From the NCBI GenBank assembly GCA_034669905.1, contig JAXMOL010000037.1, forward strand, positions 12,258 to 76,257: 64,000 nt of DNA, read 5' to 3'. Every line of letters starts with the position of its first letter. Within the stretch, counting starts at the first letter, position 1. Position numbers and translations under genes: made by a program. Shown piece by piece: positions 9,105-18,833 of this stretch. The notes beneath the pieces are model-generated. The model did not search any database, was not told the DNA's origin, and was given only the letters and a program-made list of their open reading frames with translations. Origin of the DNA: Candidatus Hydrogenedentota bacterium. Its GTDB lineage: Bacteria > Hydrogenedentota > Hydrogenedentia > Hydrogenedentales > JAEUWI01.

Positions 9105-9974
9105 TCAGACGTCGCAGGTGTCGATGGAATGGGCCAGGGACGTGACCGGGTCCTTCCTGGGAATGAACTCCTGCGCCACAAAACCCGTGTAGCCCGTGGC
9201 CACGATGGCGCGACAGATGGCGGGGTAGTTCAATTCCTGGGTCTCGTCGATTTCGGCCCGTCCGGGCACGCCGCCCGTGTGGTAGTGGGCGAAGTAGGGA
9301 TGGAAATCGGTGATGGTCTGGATGACGTCCCCCTCCATGATCTGCATGTGGTAAATGTCATAGAGCAGCTTGAAGCGATCAGACCCCACTTCATCACAGA
9401 GGGCCACGCCCCAGGGCGATTTGTCGCACTGGTAGTCGGGGTGATTGACCTTGCTGTTCAGTAATTCCATCACGATGTTCACCCCCAGTGATTCGGCCAG
9501 GGGGGTGATGCGCTTCAGGCCCTTGGCGCAATTCCTGAGTCCTTCGGCGTCGCTGCGTTTACCCCGGTTTCCGGAAAAGACGATCATGTTGGGCATGCCC
9601 GCTTCGGCGATCTGGGGCAGGATCTTCTCCGAGTTCTCCACCAGCGCGTCATGGAGGGACGGGTCGTTCCAGCCCTTGGTGATGCTGCCAGGTCCGCCAA
9701 CCATGGGGCACACGAGGCCGTAGGGTTTGATGGTGGGGAGTTCTTTGACCTGGAGGAGGTCGATGCCTGTGATGCCCAGGGCCACGGCGTGCTGGCAGAG
9801 TTCTTCGAGACTCATGTCCTTGTAGCACCACTTGCACACCGCGTGATTGATATTGCCCTTGCGTTTCATGGGTTTTTCCTCGCTGTGGGCCGTTGTCGCG
9901 CCCAGCATCAGGGCACTGGACGTGCCGGCCATGGCCGCCAGGGCCGTACGTCGGGAAAGATCGGGGGATGGCAT
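9105..9974 (-). CDS. Sugar phosphate isomerase/epimerase (xylose-isomerase-like TIM barrel) with a Tat signal peptide
   Basis: N-terminal RRTALAAMAG twin-arginine motif. TIM-barrel isomerase-family conserved acidic and His residues (EF..HYHTGG). Confidence 0.75.
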   Translation of the reverse strand: MPSPDLSRRTALAAMAGTSSALMLGATTAHSEEKPMKRKGNINHAVCKWCYKDMSLEELCQHAVALGITGIDLLQVKELPTIKPYGLVCPMVGGPGSITKGWNDPSLHDALVENSEKILPQIAEAGMPNMIVFSGNRGKRSDAEGLRNCAKGLKRITPLAESLGVNIVMELLNSKVNHPDYQCDKSPWGVALCDEVGSDRFKLLYDIYHMQIMEGDVIQTITDFHPYFAHYHTGGVPGRAEIDETQELNYPAICRAIVATGYTGFVAQEFIPRKDPVTSLAHSIDTCDV

Positions 9975-10044
9975 GACACGCTCTCCTGTTGGGTCAGGTC
10001 AGGGGATTATCATGGTGGATAGATGGGGCCGCAGTCAAAAAGAA

Positions 10045-10208
10045 AGATTTCCACCACGAAGAAACGAAGGGCACGAAGGATGGGAGGAAATAGTAACCGC
10101 GGTTGCTTGCTATGGCCCACGTAATGCCTCGCACATATTTATTTTAACCACAGAGAACGCAAAGAACACAAAGGGAAAGTCTTTCTGTGTTCTTTGCGTT
10201 CTTTGAGG
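10045..10208. repeat. Dispersed repeat family R4, copy 1 (~165 bp) ending in a ~50 bp near-perfect hairpin (10154..10203)
   Basis: ccacgaagaaacgaagggcacgaagga...ccacagagaacgcaaagaacacaaag/ctttctgtgttctttgcgttct. Second copy at 12224..12386. Confidence 0.85.
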
Positions 10209-10306
10209 TGGATATCAGAAATTTTCCACAAGACGTTCCCTGGTGGCCTGATGCGCTTTCGTCGGGTTGTCCGTCCCACAGGTCCCAACGGTCCCACCCG
10301 TCCCAC

Positions 10307-10339
10307 AAAAAAACGACCCCAGAGGAAGCTCCTCCGGGG
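10307..10339 (-). terminator. Rho-independent terminator for the hypothetical gene 10413..11951
   Basis: Minus-strand reading CCCCGGAGGA-gctt-CCTCTGGGG followed by UCGUUUUUUUG, 70-100 nt downstream of the stop. Confidence 0.6.
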
Positions 10340-10412
10340 CCGTCGTGTTACTTGGGCTATCGGGCCGCGATAATCTCAATTTTGCTTACTCTTGACGATC
10401 TCTCGGAATTCA

Positions 10413-11951
10413 TCAAGATGCTGGGGCTGGTTGGTTCTTTTCCTGAATTCGCAAATGTCTACGCGACTTTTTGGGTGGGTTCTTCTCGGGAACTACGCGT
10501 GGTTCGTCTACAAACTCGACGACCATGTCCCCTGCCGAGCGGTCCCCACCGTCATCTATCAAATTGTCTCCCACGGAGTAGAGCAGAAATCCACCATCCA
10601 CTACCCTGTATTGTAAGAGGTTGGTTACGAAGGGGTCCCCGCCAATTTTCCCAACCACTTCCGGGTCAAGATCGCTGAGCTGCCGAGGAAGCTCGCCATG
10701 CTCCTTTCTATGTATTGCTATCAGCATTGCGACACCAACGCTTCGGTGTTCCAGTTCCCACATTGCGAGCGGACCCGTCCAATCCGTTGCGTGAAACCAC
10801 GGATGGCTCATGTATGCGGGGCCACGCATTTCCGGGTGCAGGAGCCACGTCACCATGTCAAAAGGATTGAGTCTCCTTGAGGTAATCGTTCCATCGGCCT
10901 TGGCGATTACCCGACGCCACGAAAACTCCCACTGTTCGACGAAAGGCTGACGTACGGCCGCGCGCAGATAGCGTTCATGCCAATCGAGATTCAGACTATC
11001 CAAGAGGTCGGTGTCGAACTTCATGCGGTCATAAACTTCCATTCGGGCTAGCCCTCCGATTCCTGGAAGCCAACGAAGCCGTCTACACCAACGCGTGCGG
11101 AAGGGCGCATAATATTCGTGTTTCTGGGGGCTGTCGCCACGATAGTAGGACATTAATTTGTAGGTCCCACGCAGGCGCTCTCCGGGCAATGAGTGGCGCA
11201 AAAATATATCCGGGTCCATTGTTTCGTAGAGCGGGGCCAGTTTTTTATACAACGTCGCTGGCCCTTTTCCTGTCGATATGGATCGCTGGACGAGTCTGCG
11301 GGCATCTCGAACGATGGTGAGCCCGCGTGTATTCAGTTCGCAGGGCATTGTCTGCAACGAATGAGCAAGGTCGAAACTCAGACGCTGACAATCGAGAAAG
11401 GTGTCCCAGTCGTCATCCTCCAGTGCGACAAAGCCCTGAATCCACAGGAGATTGGTCAGATCGTACAGGCCCTTGATCGCATCGCCATTCCAATCGCCGT
11501 CTGGCAGTTCACTCAAATCTATTGGGTAGCGATAGCGGGTATATCCCAGCGCTTCTTTCGCCAATTCCAGTACAGGCCGTCGTTCCTGTAAATACTCACG
11601 GGCCTGGGACAAGGTCTCGAGGGAATACGTGTTCTCTTCGAGTCGGCGCTCAATTCGTCCCGCTTCGGGGTCGAACTCTTTTCCTTCGCCGAAGGTGTCC
11701 AGAAGTTCCACCGCCCGCAAGTAGACGAGCGCCCCGTTTTCGTGATCAGGAACCGGAGGGTAGGTCGCGTCCAGTTCCGCAAGCGTAGTCGGTTCGCCCT
11801 TGCTTTGGATCTCGGATTCCAGCGCGCGCAGCTTGCGTTCCATCAATATATCGAAGCTCGAACCAGCGACTAGAAAAAGAAACACCGTAGCCGCGATCAG
11901 TCGAAACGTTTTCTTTTTACTTCGCCGCTTACGCGTGTCTTGTGCGCGCAT
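10413..11951 (-). CDS. Hypothetical membrane-anchored protein (N-terminal basic stretch plus one TM segment, large extracytoplasmic domain), no recognisable family
   Basis: Long ORF with coding-like composition. ATG at 11951 (MRAQDTRKRRSKKKTFRLIAATVFLFLVAG) chosen. Slightly lower GC (~57-62%) than the neighbours. Flanked by the R4 direct repeats. Confidence 0.55.
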   Translation of the reverse strand: MRAQDTRKRRSKKKTFRLIAATVFLFLVAGSSFDILMERKLRALESEIQSKGEPTTLAELDATYPPVPDHENGALVYLRAVELLDTFGEGKEFDPEAGRIERRLEENTYSLETLSQAREYLQERRPVLELAKEALGYTRYRYPIDLSELPDGDWNGDAIKGLYDLTNLLWIQGFVALEDDDWDTFLDCQRLSFDLAHSLQTMPCELNTRGLTIVRDARRLVQRSISTGKGPATLYKKLAPLYETMDPDIFLRHSLPGERLRGTYKLMSYYRGDSPQKHEYYAPFRTRWCRRLRWLPGIGGLARMEVYDRMKFDTDLLDSLNLDWHERYLRAAVRQPFVEQWEFSWRRVIAKADGTITSRRLNPFDMVTWLLHPEMRGPAYMSHPWFHATDWTGPLAMWELEHRSVGVAMLIAIHRKEHGELPRQLSDLDPEVVGKIGGDPFVTNLLQYRVVDGGFLLYSVGDNLIDDGGDRSAGDMVVEFVDEPRVVPEKNPPKKSRRHLRIQEKNQPAPAS

Positions 11952-12105
11952 TGGGTGCCTCCAGATTGGGTGATGCCGTGCATGGAGTGTAGCACAGCAC
12001 CTCGGGAGGGTCGGCAGGTGTTTTCTAAACACAGCGAACGCAGAGGACACCGGGAGTTAATTGCCCGGGGTTGGTAGTGTTTCCCGTGACGTAAGCGGTG
12101 GAACC

Positions 12106-12135
12106 ACGAATGGACACAAATGAACACGAATGGGA
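12106..12135. promoter_or_regulatory. Three ACGAAT-containing decamers in direct repeat at exact 10 bp phasing
   Basis: ACGAATGGAC/ACAAATGAAC/ACGAATGGGA, about 155 bp upstream of the start at 11951. The same architecture recurs at 49670..49699. Confidence 0.35.
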
Positions 12136-12223
12136 AATGGTCGACATGATGCGCGGACAGCGGTATTTTCTACATCGGTTTTTGACCACAGAAAACGTAA
12201 CGCAGCCGTTTTCCGTAACGAAA

Positions 12224-12386
12224 TGTTTTTTACCACGAAGAAACGAAGGGCACGAAGGACGGGAGGAAATAGCAACAGGCGGTTGCTTGCTTTGGCCGAC
12301 GTAGTTCCTCGCACCCATTTCTTTAACCACAGAGAACGCAGAGAACACAAAAGGAGAATCTTTCTGTGTTCTCTGCGTTCTCTGTG
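12224..12386. repeat. Dispersed repeat family R4, copy 2, with terminal hairpin 12327..12386
   Basis: About 85-90% identical to 10045..10208, including the ACGAAG triplet and the long perfect inverted repeat ccacagagaacgcagagaacaca/tgtgttctctgcgttctctgtgg. Confidence 0.85.
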
Positions 12387-12427
12387 GTTAAAAACAAAAA
12401 AACGGCCCCAGCGCATTGCACCGGGGC
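12387..12427 (-). terminator. Rho-independent terminator of the transketolase gene
   Basis: Minus-strand GGCCCCggtgcaatgcgctGGGGCC followed by GUUUUUUUGUUUUU, immediately after the stop at 12457. Confidence 0.7.
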
Positions 12428-12456
12428 CGTCATATGTCTCACTTATCGCGGTGGGA

Positions 12457-14355
12457 TTATCCCGCGAGCGTTTTGATTTTTGCGAGGATGCTGTCGGGGT
12501 CGAGGCCCTGGTGGGCGATGTGTTCGGGGATGCCGCCTTCGCCGGGTTTGTGGACGGCCATGACGCCGAGTTTGGGGGCGAGGCCCCGTTCGAGGAGCCA
12601 GGTGCCGTAGCGGCTGCCGAGTCCGTTATTTTCGTTCTGGGCTTCTACCACGAGGGCGAAGGGCGCGCCGCCGACTTTCTTCATCATGTCTTCGTCGATG
12701 ACGTTGAGGGTGGGCTTGTTGATGAGGCCCACGTCGATGCCTTCGGCACGGGCGCGGTCGACAGCGTCGATGGCGCGGTAGAGCATTTCACCGTAGGAGA
12801 TGACATACCCGGCGCTGCCTTCACGGACCACTTCGTCTTTTCCGGGCACAAACTGATAGGCTTCGTCGTAGAACTTGGAGCCGTCTTCCTTCGCGATGAA
12901 GGGCACCTTGCTCCGGGTGGTGAAGACGTAGCGGATGCCTTCGTCGTCCCAGATGGTTTCGACGAGGCTCTTGAGCTGTCCGGCGTCCGCGGCGAAGTAG
13001 AGGCGGTTGGTGTCGCCTTCTTTGATGCCGCTGTGGGCCAGCCAGATGTTGATGCCGTAGTGGCAGGTGTTGTCGGCGATTTCGTCCACACCGGCGTGGG
13101 AGAAGTGGCAGATAACGTTGGCTTCGTTGAGGCGGGCCATGGTGGCTTCGGAAATAATCATTTCCAGGAAGGCCGAGAAGGTGGAGAAGATACCCTGTTT
13201 GCCCGGGGCGAAACCGAAACCGGCGGCGGCGGAGAAGTTACCGCGTTCCTGAACGCCACCATTGATGCAGACGTCGGGGTGGGCGACGCGGATGCCCTTG
13301 AGGCCCGTGGAGCCTTCCAGGTCGGAGTCGACCACGAGGACCTTGTGGGCGCGCTCGGCGGCGGGAATCTTGTCGAGGATGCCGTTGACGATGGTGCCGA
13401 ACTCGGTGCGGTTGCTGCCCATCTCTTCGGTGGAACCCACGTAGGAGACGGAGGCGCTGGTCTTCTTCACGCCTTCGAGGAACTTAATGGCCGCGTCCTG
13501 TCCTTTGAGGGTCAGGTAGGCAATGGCCGCATCTTTAGGGATGACATCGTGGCCCGCGTGGGTGCCTTCGATGCCCGGGATGCCGGGTGCCATGGCGCGG
13601 CGGTTGACGAGGGCCACAGGGCCGTCGGTCTGGATGGACTTGAGCATGCGGTCAAAGAGGGCGTCGAAGTCTTCGCCGTCGCCCGTGTCGACCGTGAGGC
13701 CGTGGCCTTCGAGGGTCTTGGCCACGTCATAGCCGGGGAGGTAGTCGTTGGGATGGCCGGAGATGGTGACATTGTTGTCGTCGATGGCGAGCTTCACATT
13801 GAGCTGCTGGGCGACCGCCAGGCGGGCCGCCTCGGCGTCGTTACCTTCCATCTGGGAGCCGTCGGAGCCAAACATGAAGACCACGCCGTCACTGTTGGCC
13901 TTGGCCACACCGTTGACGAAGGGCCACATGTGTCCGAGCCGTCCGGAGGCGAACTTCACGCCCAATTCCGGGTCGATTTCGGGGTGGCCATAGAGGCCGG
14001 CACCGGCGGCGCGGTATTGGAGGAGTTTTTCGAAGGGCATTTCGCCGTTGAAGGCGCTCATGGCGTATTGGATAGCTACCCGGTGTCCACCTTCGTCGAA
14101 ATAGGCGGGGTAAACACGGTCACTACCCTTCATAAAGCTATCGGCGATAAGCACTTCCGGCACGATGCTGTAGGCACCACCGGTGTGGCCACCAAAACCG
14201 CGGATACCGGCCACCGCCGTGAAAAACACGATGGTGTCGCGCACGATTTCGATGTTGGTCAACAATTGGGCTTTTTGTTCGGGCGTGATGCCCTTCGCGG
14301 TGAAGGGGTCAATGGCCACCGGCTTATAGTTGCTTACATCAATGGGAAAAGACAT
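12457..14355 (-). CDS. Transketolase-family protein (divergent single-chain transketolase)
   Basis: ThDP-binding motif GSDGSQMEGNDAEAARLAVAQQLNVKLAIDDNNVTISG (compare the GDG..MEG..E....NLI.I.D.N canonical TK motif) and a transketolase-like C-terminal domain. The antisense 790-aa ORF 12130..14502 is rejected. Confidence 0.8.
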   Translation of the reverse strand: MSFPIDVSNYKPVAIDPFTAKGITPEQKAQLLTNIEIVRDTIVFFTAVAGIRGFGGHTGGAYSIVPEVLIADSFMKGSDRVYPAYFDEGGHRVAIQYAMSAFNGEMPFEKLLQYRAAGAGLYGHPEIDPELGVKFASGRLGHMWPFVNGVAKANSDGVVFMFGSDGSQMEGNDAEAARLAVAQQLNVKLAIDDNNVTISGHPNDYLPGYDVAKTLEGHGLTVDTGDGEDFDALFDRMLKSIQTDGPVALVNRRAMAPGIPGIEGTHAGHDVIPKDAAIAYLTLKGQDAAIKFLEGVKKTSASVSYVGSTEEMGSNRTEFGTIVNGILDKIPAAERAHKVLVVDSDLEGSTGLKGIRVAHPDVCINGGVQERGNFSAAAGFGFAPGKQGIFSTFSAFLEMIISEATMARLNEANVICHFSHAGVDEIADNTCHYGINIWLAHSGIKEGDTNRLYFAADAGQLKSLVETIWDDEGIRYVFTTRSKVPFIAKEDGSKFYDEAYQFVPGKDEVVREGSAGYVISYGEMLYRAIDAVDRARAEGIDVGLINKPTLNVIDEDMMKKVGGAPFALVVEAQNENNGLGSRYGTWLLERGLAPKLGVMAVHKPGEGGIPEHIAHQGLDPDSILAKIKTLAG

Positions 14356-14680
14356 GGGTTCTCCTTCTTACGTGCATCCGCATGGGTGATTGGCGATCGA
14401 GTATCGAGTCGGCGGGGACGGGACTCGGTCCGTGTAACTGTTGGCTGCACCTCACCCCGACGGCAGGCAAACAGCTCCCCATGTTCGAAGCGAACAGTAT
14501 AGCAAAGGTACCGGGGAAAAACTATTTTGGGGTATGGTGGGGGATACCGGCCGCGTCTGGGCATGAAGTCGATGAGATTGTGGACACCGTGGATCTTGTG
14601 GACGGGGTGGACGACGAGATGGTCCACGGAGTCCCACGGCGTCCTGACAACGTGAAGCGAAACCTGGAGATGGTAAGCGG

Positions 14681-16783
14681 ATGACACGCAACATGTTCTG
14701 GAGGCATATGGCCTCCTTTCGGGGTTTAATGGCTTGTCTGTTCCTCGTAACAGGGGGCTTTGCCTTTGCCGCCGAGGAGGCCCCGGCGCTTCGAGCCCAT
14801 GAGCGGTGGATCTGGACCGAGCTCATCGCCTTCGATAACGAGCAGCCCGATCTGGGCGTGGGGCAGTACCTGGAGACCACGGGGTTTACACCCACGGCCA
14901 TCTGTATCCTCATCGGCTCGCCCGATTTCATGCTCTCCCACACCGATATGGAGACCGAAGTGAATCTGCCGGCGGCGTTCTGCTCCCGGGATGGTCACGA
15001 ATTCAATCAGGAACGAAGTCGGCAGGCGTGGACAAACCACCAGGTGCGCGCCCTGAATCGGGAATTGCACAAGCGGGGCGTTGAATCGTACTTGAGTGTC
15101 TTCACCAAGTACACCCGGGATCCGACCCACCGCGAGTGGATTACCGACCACCTGGAGGTGCTCCAGGTCCACAAGAGCAGTGGATTCGTCTGGGCACCCA
15201 ATCCCCTGGCCCGGTTGAAGGACGGCACCTACTTTGAAGACGTGTTCGCACGGAAAACGGTGAAGACGCTCCAGGACTACGAATTCGACGGGTGGCACGG
15301 TGCCGATGGCTGGGGTCCCCTGTCCCGGCCCCTTCATCAGCTATCCTTTTCCGATGACATGATCGACCAGTTTGCGGGTATGCCCGGACTGGAATTGCCC
15401 GAGGTTGTGACCCGGGAATGTGTTTACGACGTGCCCAAGCTGGAAGCCCGGGCCGATTTTATTCTCCGCCATCGCCGCGCGGAATGGAGTGAGTTCTACG
15501 CCCAGCGTTGGGCCCGATTCTGGTCGACTATGGTCACGGCGCTCCATGACGCAGGCAAGAAGGCCACCATCAACTCGGCCTGGGGCCGTGCGCCCTTCGA
15601 GGCCTACTTCCGCTATGGGGTGGACTACCAGCGCATCGCCGCCACGGGGGTGGATGCCATCATCGTCGAGACCGTCGCCGCGGGCCTGGCGATGGACCCC
15701 CGTATGGCGGGCACGGATCGGCACGATGATTTCCTCGCCATGTTGATGTTGATGCGGGCGTGCCTGCCCGATACCAAGCTCATTTTCTTGCACAACGTCC
15801 ACGACGTGGTGGAGGAATGGGACGCCATTCGCCATATGCCCACTGTGTTGGAGCGCGAGATCTACGCCCTGAACAACGTCTTCCACACCCGTCCCGACGG
15901 GACCTTGCGGCCGAGCGCCGACGGCTTTCTCGCCTGTCTCGGCGACGGCCTCACCCGGGAAGAATGGGGCTGGCTGGAGCAGCGCTGGGAGCGGGCCCTG
16001 TTCCCCGTGCCGGTCCGTACCCTCGGCGCCACCGTGGTCTGGTCCGATGCTGCGTATCGCGCACAGACCGCCGACTTCCTGGCCACCCGTACGTGGGATA
16101 CCCATTACCTCCTCTTTCGCCTCATGGAAGGGGGGGCCACGGTGCAGGGCACGGTCCACGTGAATTCCCTGGAAAAGTATCGGGGGGCGCTGTTGGTGCC
16201 CAACGCCCACCTGTTCCCGCCCGAGGAACTGGCCCGTGTGATGGCCTACGACGGCGGGCCCGTCGTGCTGGTGGGACGGAAGATAGACGGGCTGCCAGAA
16301 CCCGCCATGGAATTCAGCGATGTCTATCCGCCCAATGAACGGTGGTGTGCGGTCTACAACGGGAGTGCGCCGGCGGTGGAAATTGCGGCGGATGGCGAGG
16401 AAATCCCCTTAGGCGACCTCACGGCGATTCCCGGCCCGGAGGGCTTCTGGGATCACATGACCTACCGCAAGGTGTCCGCCGACTTCGTCACGGCCTGCGC
16501 AACGACCCTGCAACGCGTTTCAATGCCCATCACCATCACCGAGCAGGACGAAGACGTGGATATCATGCCCGTGGAGTTGGCAGATGGCACCCTTCGAATC
16601 GCCATTAAAAATCGCATTGCGGCCTATGCCCGTCCGGAAATCGATATGGGGCAGCCGATTGCGTCTGCGGAGGTTCGCAGTGGCTTTCCCTCCGTGGCGA
16701 TACGGCCCAACGGCGCAAAATTCGACGTGCGCGTGCCTGGTCGGGGTATCACGGTGGTGGATGTGAAGACCCAGGCGGAATAA
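14681..16783 (+). CDS. Hypothetical secreted protein (signal peptide; possible glycoside-hydrolase-like fold, family unrecognised)
   Basis: 700-aa ORF, N-terminal hydrophobic signal (MASFRGLMACLFLVTGGFAFAA), coding-like periodicity. The antisense ORFs are rejected. Confidence 0.55.
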   Translation: MTRNMFWRHMASFRGLMACLFLVTGGFAFAAEEAPALRAHERWIWTELIAFDNEQPDLGVGQYLETTGFTPTAICILIGSPDFMLSHTDMETEVNLPAAFCSRDGHEFNQERSRQAWTNHQVRALNRELHKRGVESYLSVFTKYTRDPTHREWITDHLEVLQVHKSSGFVWAPNPLARLKDGTYFEDVFARKTVKTLQDYEFDGWHGADGWGPLSRPLHQLSFSDDMIDQFAGMPGLELPEVVTRECVYDVPKLEARADFILRHRRAEWSEFYAQRWARFWSTMVTALHDAGKKATINSAWGRAPFEAYFRYGVDYQRIAATGVDAIIVETVAAGLAMDPRMAGTDRHDDFLAMLMLMRACLPDTKLIFLHNVHDVVEEWDAIRHMPTVLEREIYALNNVFHTRPDGTLRPSADGFLACLGDGLTREEWGWLEQRWERALFPVPVRTLGATVVWSDAAYRAQTADFLATRTWDTHYLLFRLMEGGATVQGTVHVNSLEKYRGALLVPNAHLFPPEELARVMAYDGGPVVLVGRKIDGLPEPAMEFSDVYPPNERWCAVYNGSAPAVEIAADGEEIPLGDLTAIPGPEGFWDHMTYRKVSADFVTACATTLQRVSMPITITEQDEDVDIMPVELADGTLRIAIKNRIAAYARPEIDMGQPIASAEVRSGFPSVAIRPNGAKFDVRVPGRGITVVDVKTQAE

Positions 16784-17043
16784 GAAAACACGCCCTCCGA
16801 TGCGGCGTTGCTTGTTATTCCTACCTCGTTGTCGTATTGGGGGCGCTTTTTTGCCTCGATTGTTGTCCATATGCTACGCTCTCGTCGTGGGAGCCCTTCC
16901 CCTTCCTGGGTGGGCCGATGATTACCAACCATCCACTTTACGTCCGTTCTGGCGGCCCATCTGCTGCCCGGCGCGTTCCCTGGTAACCCTGACTTTCTAT
17001 TGATAGTTGACGAGTAAGATCCACCCTCAGAAGGTAGTTCGCC

Positions 17044-17805
17044 ATGACGAAACGTCCCATTGGTGCTGTAACGTTTGACCTGTGGGATTGTCTCTTTTGC
17101 GACGATACCGATGAGCCCAAACGGGCGGCGGCGGGTCTATCCCCGAAGCCCATTGCGCGGCGGGAACTGGTCCATCAGTACCTTCAAAAGGCGGCCCCCA
17201 TTGCGCGGGAAGAGGTGGATCTGGCCTATGATGTGGCCGATGCGGCTTATCGCAAGGTGTGGCATGATCTGCACGTCACCATGAGCGTGGCGGAGCGCCT
17301 CGAAATCCTGTTGAACGGTCTCGGCCGGGAATTGCCCGCCGCTGAATTTGCGGAACTGGTGCGCCTCCATGAAGATATGGAGTTGGTGCACAGCCCGGAC
17401 CCGGCTCCCGGTGCGCTGGAAGCCCTGCAGGCCCTTCATGGGAAATACCCGCTGGCCATTATTTCTGATACCATCTTCAGCCCCGGCACCAATCTTCGGA
17501 AGCTCCTGGACGGCGCGGGGATGTTGTCCTACTTTGACCACTTTGTGTTTTCCGATGAGCTCGGCAATTCCAAGCCCCATCCCCGGGTTTTTGAGTCCGT
17601 GGCCGACGCTTTTTCCATTGATGTAAAAGACATCGTCCACATCGGTGACCGCCCCCACAACGACATTGGCGGCCCCCATGCCGTGGGCGCCCGGGGCGTC
17701 TTGCTGACGGTGGTGAAAGACCGTCCGCTCGAAGGCCATGTGCCCGATGCCGTGTGTAGCAACTACGATGACTTGCCAGAGATTCTTGCGGGCATGACCC
17801 CGTAA
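17044..17805 (+). CDS. HAD-superfamily hydrolase
   Basis: DxD motif I (VTFDLWDCLF), motif II (ISDT), and motifs III/IV (K...HIGDRPHNDIGG). Confidence 0.8.
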   Translation: MTKRPIGAVTFDLWDCLFCDDTDEPKRAAAGLSPKPIARRELVHQYLQKAAPIAREEVDLAYDVADAAYRKVWHDLHVTMSVAERLEILLNGLGRELPAAEFAELVRLHEDMELVHSPDPAPGALEALQALHGKYPLAIISDTIFSPGTNLRKLLDGAGMLSYFDHFVFSDELGNSKPHPRVFESVADAFSIDVKDIVHIGDRPHNDIGGPHAVGARGVLLTVVKDRPLEGHVPDAVCSNYDDLPEILAGMTP

Positions 17806-17905
17806 CCCCAGCTATTGTCGGGACAGGCGTGTTACGCATCGGCCCGTGCCCCCTGGGGCGCAGCCCCCTTTTTTACGACCTTCATTTCAGTAACAGGAGT
17901 ACGGA

Positions 17906-18751
17906 ATGTCCACCAAGAAGCGTTTTTTGATTCCCGACGGGTACAACGCCGAGAGCCGGGCAAAGTTTGCCGAAGTGCGGATGCGTCTGGCGTGGGAGTT
18001 GTACCGCGATCTGCTCTCGAAACATATGCCCGAGGCCGACTATGAAGTGTGGCTCAGCAGCGACGACGATACCTATGATGAGTACCCGCTGGATGCCCTG
18101 AAAGAGTTCGATGGTATCTTGTGGCCCGGCTGCAACATGACCATTTACCACGATAAGCCGGAGGTTCAACGCCACATCGATCTCTGCGATAAAGGCTTTG
18201 AGTTGGGCCTGCCCCAGTTTGGCAGTTGCTGGGCCATCCAGGTGGCGGCCGTGGTGGCCGGTGGGGAATGTGGTCCCTGTGAACTCGGCCGTGAAATGGG
18301 CGTGGGACAGAAGATCCTGCTGAATGAAGCCGGTAAGGCCCACCCCATGTTTGCCGGAAAGCCCCCGGTATACTCCCACTTCATGAGCCACGATGATGAA
18401 GTGAAGCGCCTGCCCGAGGGGGCGACCCTCCTGGCGAGTAATGGCTGGAGTGACGTTCAGGCCGCGTCCTTTACCTATAAGAACGGCGAGATGTGGGCGG
18501 TCCAATACCACCCCGAATATGACCTCCAGGAAGTGGCCCGTCTCATTGAGGCCCGGGAAGAAAAACTCACCCGCCTGAATTTTTTTGGACCCGGCGCGGG
18601 CATGGCCGACTATGTGGCCCGTCTCGACCAATTGGTGGCTGAGCCCAATCGCAAGGACCTCCGCTGGCAGCTCGGTATCGACGACGATATCATGGACGAT
18701 GGTGTCCGCGAGTTGGAATTCGAGAATTGGTTGAAGCATTATTTCGGTTGA
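17906..18751 (+). CDS. Class I glutamine amidotransferase-like protein
   Basis: Nucleophile elbow GSCWAIQ and downstream HPE (YHPEYD) typical of the GATase1 Cys-His-Glu triad. The antisense 17882..18781 ORF is rejected. Confidence 0.7.
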   Translation: MSTKKRFLIPDGYNAESRAKFAEVRMRLAWELYRDLLSKHMPEADYEVWLSSDDDTYDEYPLDALKEFDGILWPGCNMTIYHDKPEVQRHIDLCDKGFELGLPQFGSCWAIQVAAVVAGGECGPCELGREMGVGQKILLNEAGKAHPMFAGKPPVYSHFMSHDDEVKRLPEGATLLASNGWSDVQAASFTYKNGEMWAVQYHPEYDLQEVARLIEAREEKLTRLNFFGPGAGMADYVARLDQLVAEPNRKDLRWQLGIDDDIMDDGVRELEFENWLKHYFG

Positions 18752-18833
18752 GCCACCGCCAGAATTTTTTTTATTGACCACAAACGGACGAAATCCGGGA
18801 AGACGGCACCACGCCCTTTAGAAGGAACATCCC

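Noticed and set aside
12130-14502. 790-aa plus-strand ORF, and similarly large ORFs at 153..1151, 2836..3804, 3817..4908, 15341..16210, 25177..26670, 26746..29028, 28619..30154, 30601..31593, 33303..35657, 37335..38103, 38319..39264, 41327..42295, 42785..44974, 46207..47007, 47662..48678, 51710..53521 and 62484..63806
   Set aside because: Each lies antisense to a gene with clear family motifs. Their translations are Gly/Arg/Ala/His-rich low-complexity sequence without motifs. Long stop-free antisense frames are expected at ~65% GC.
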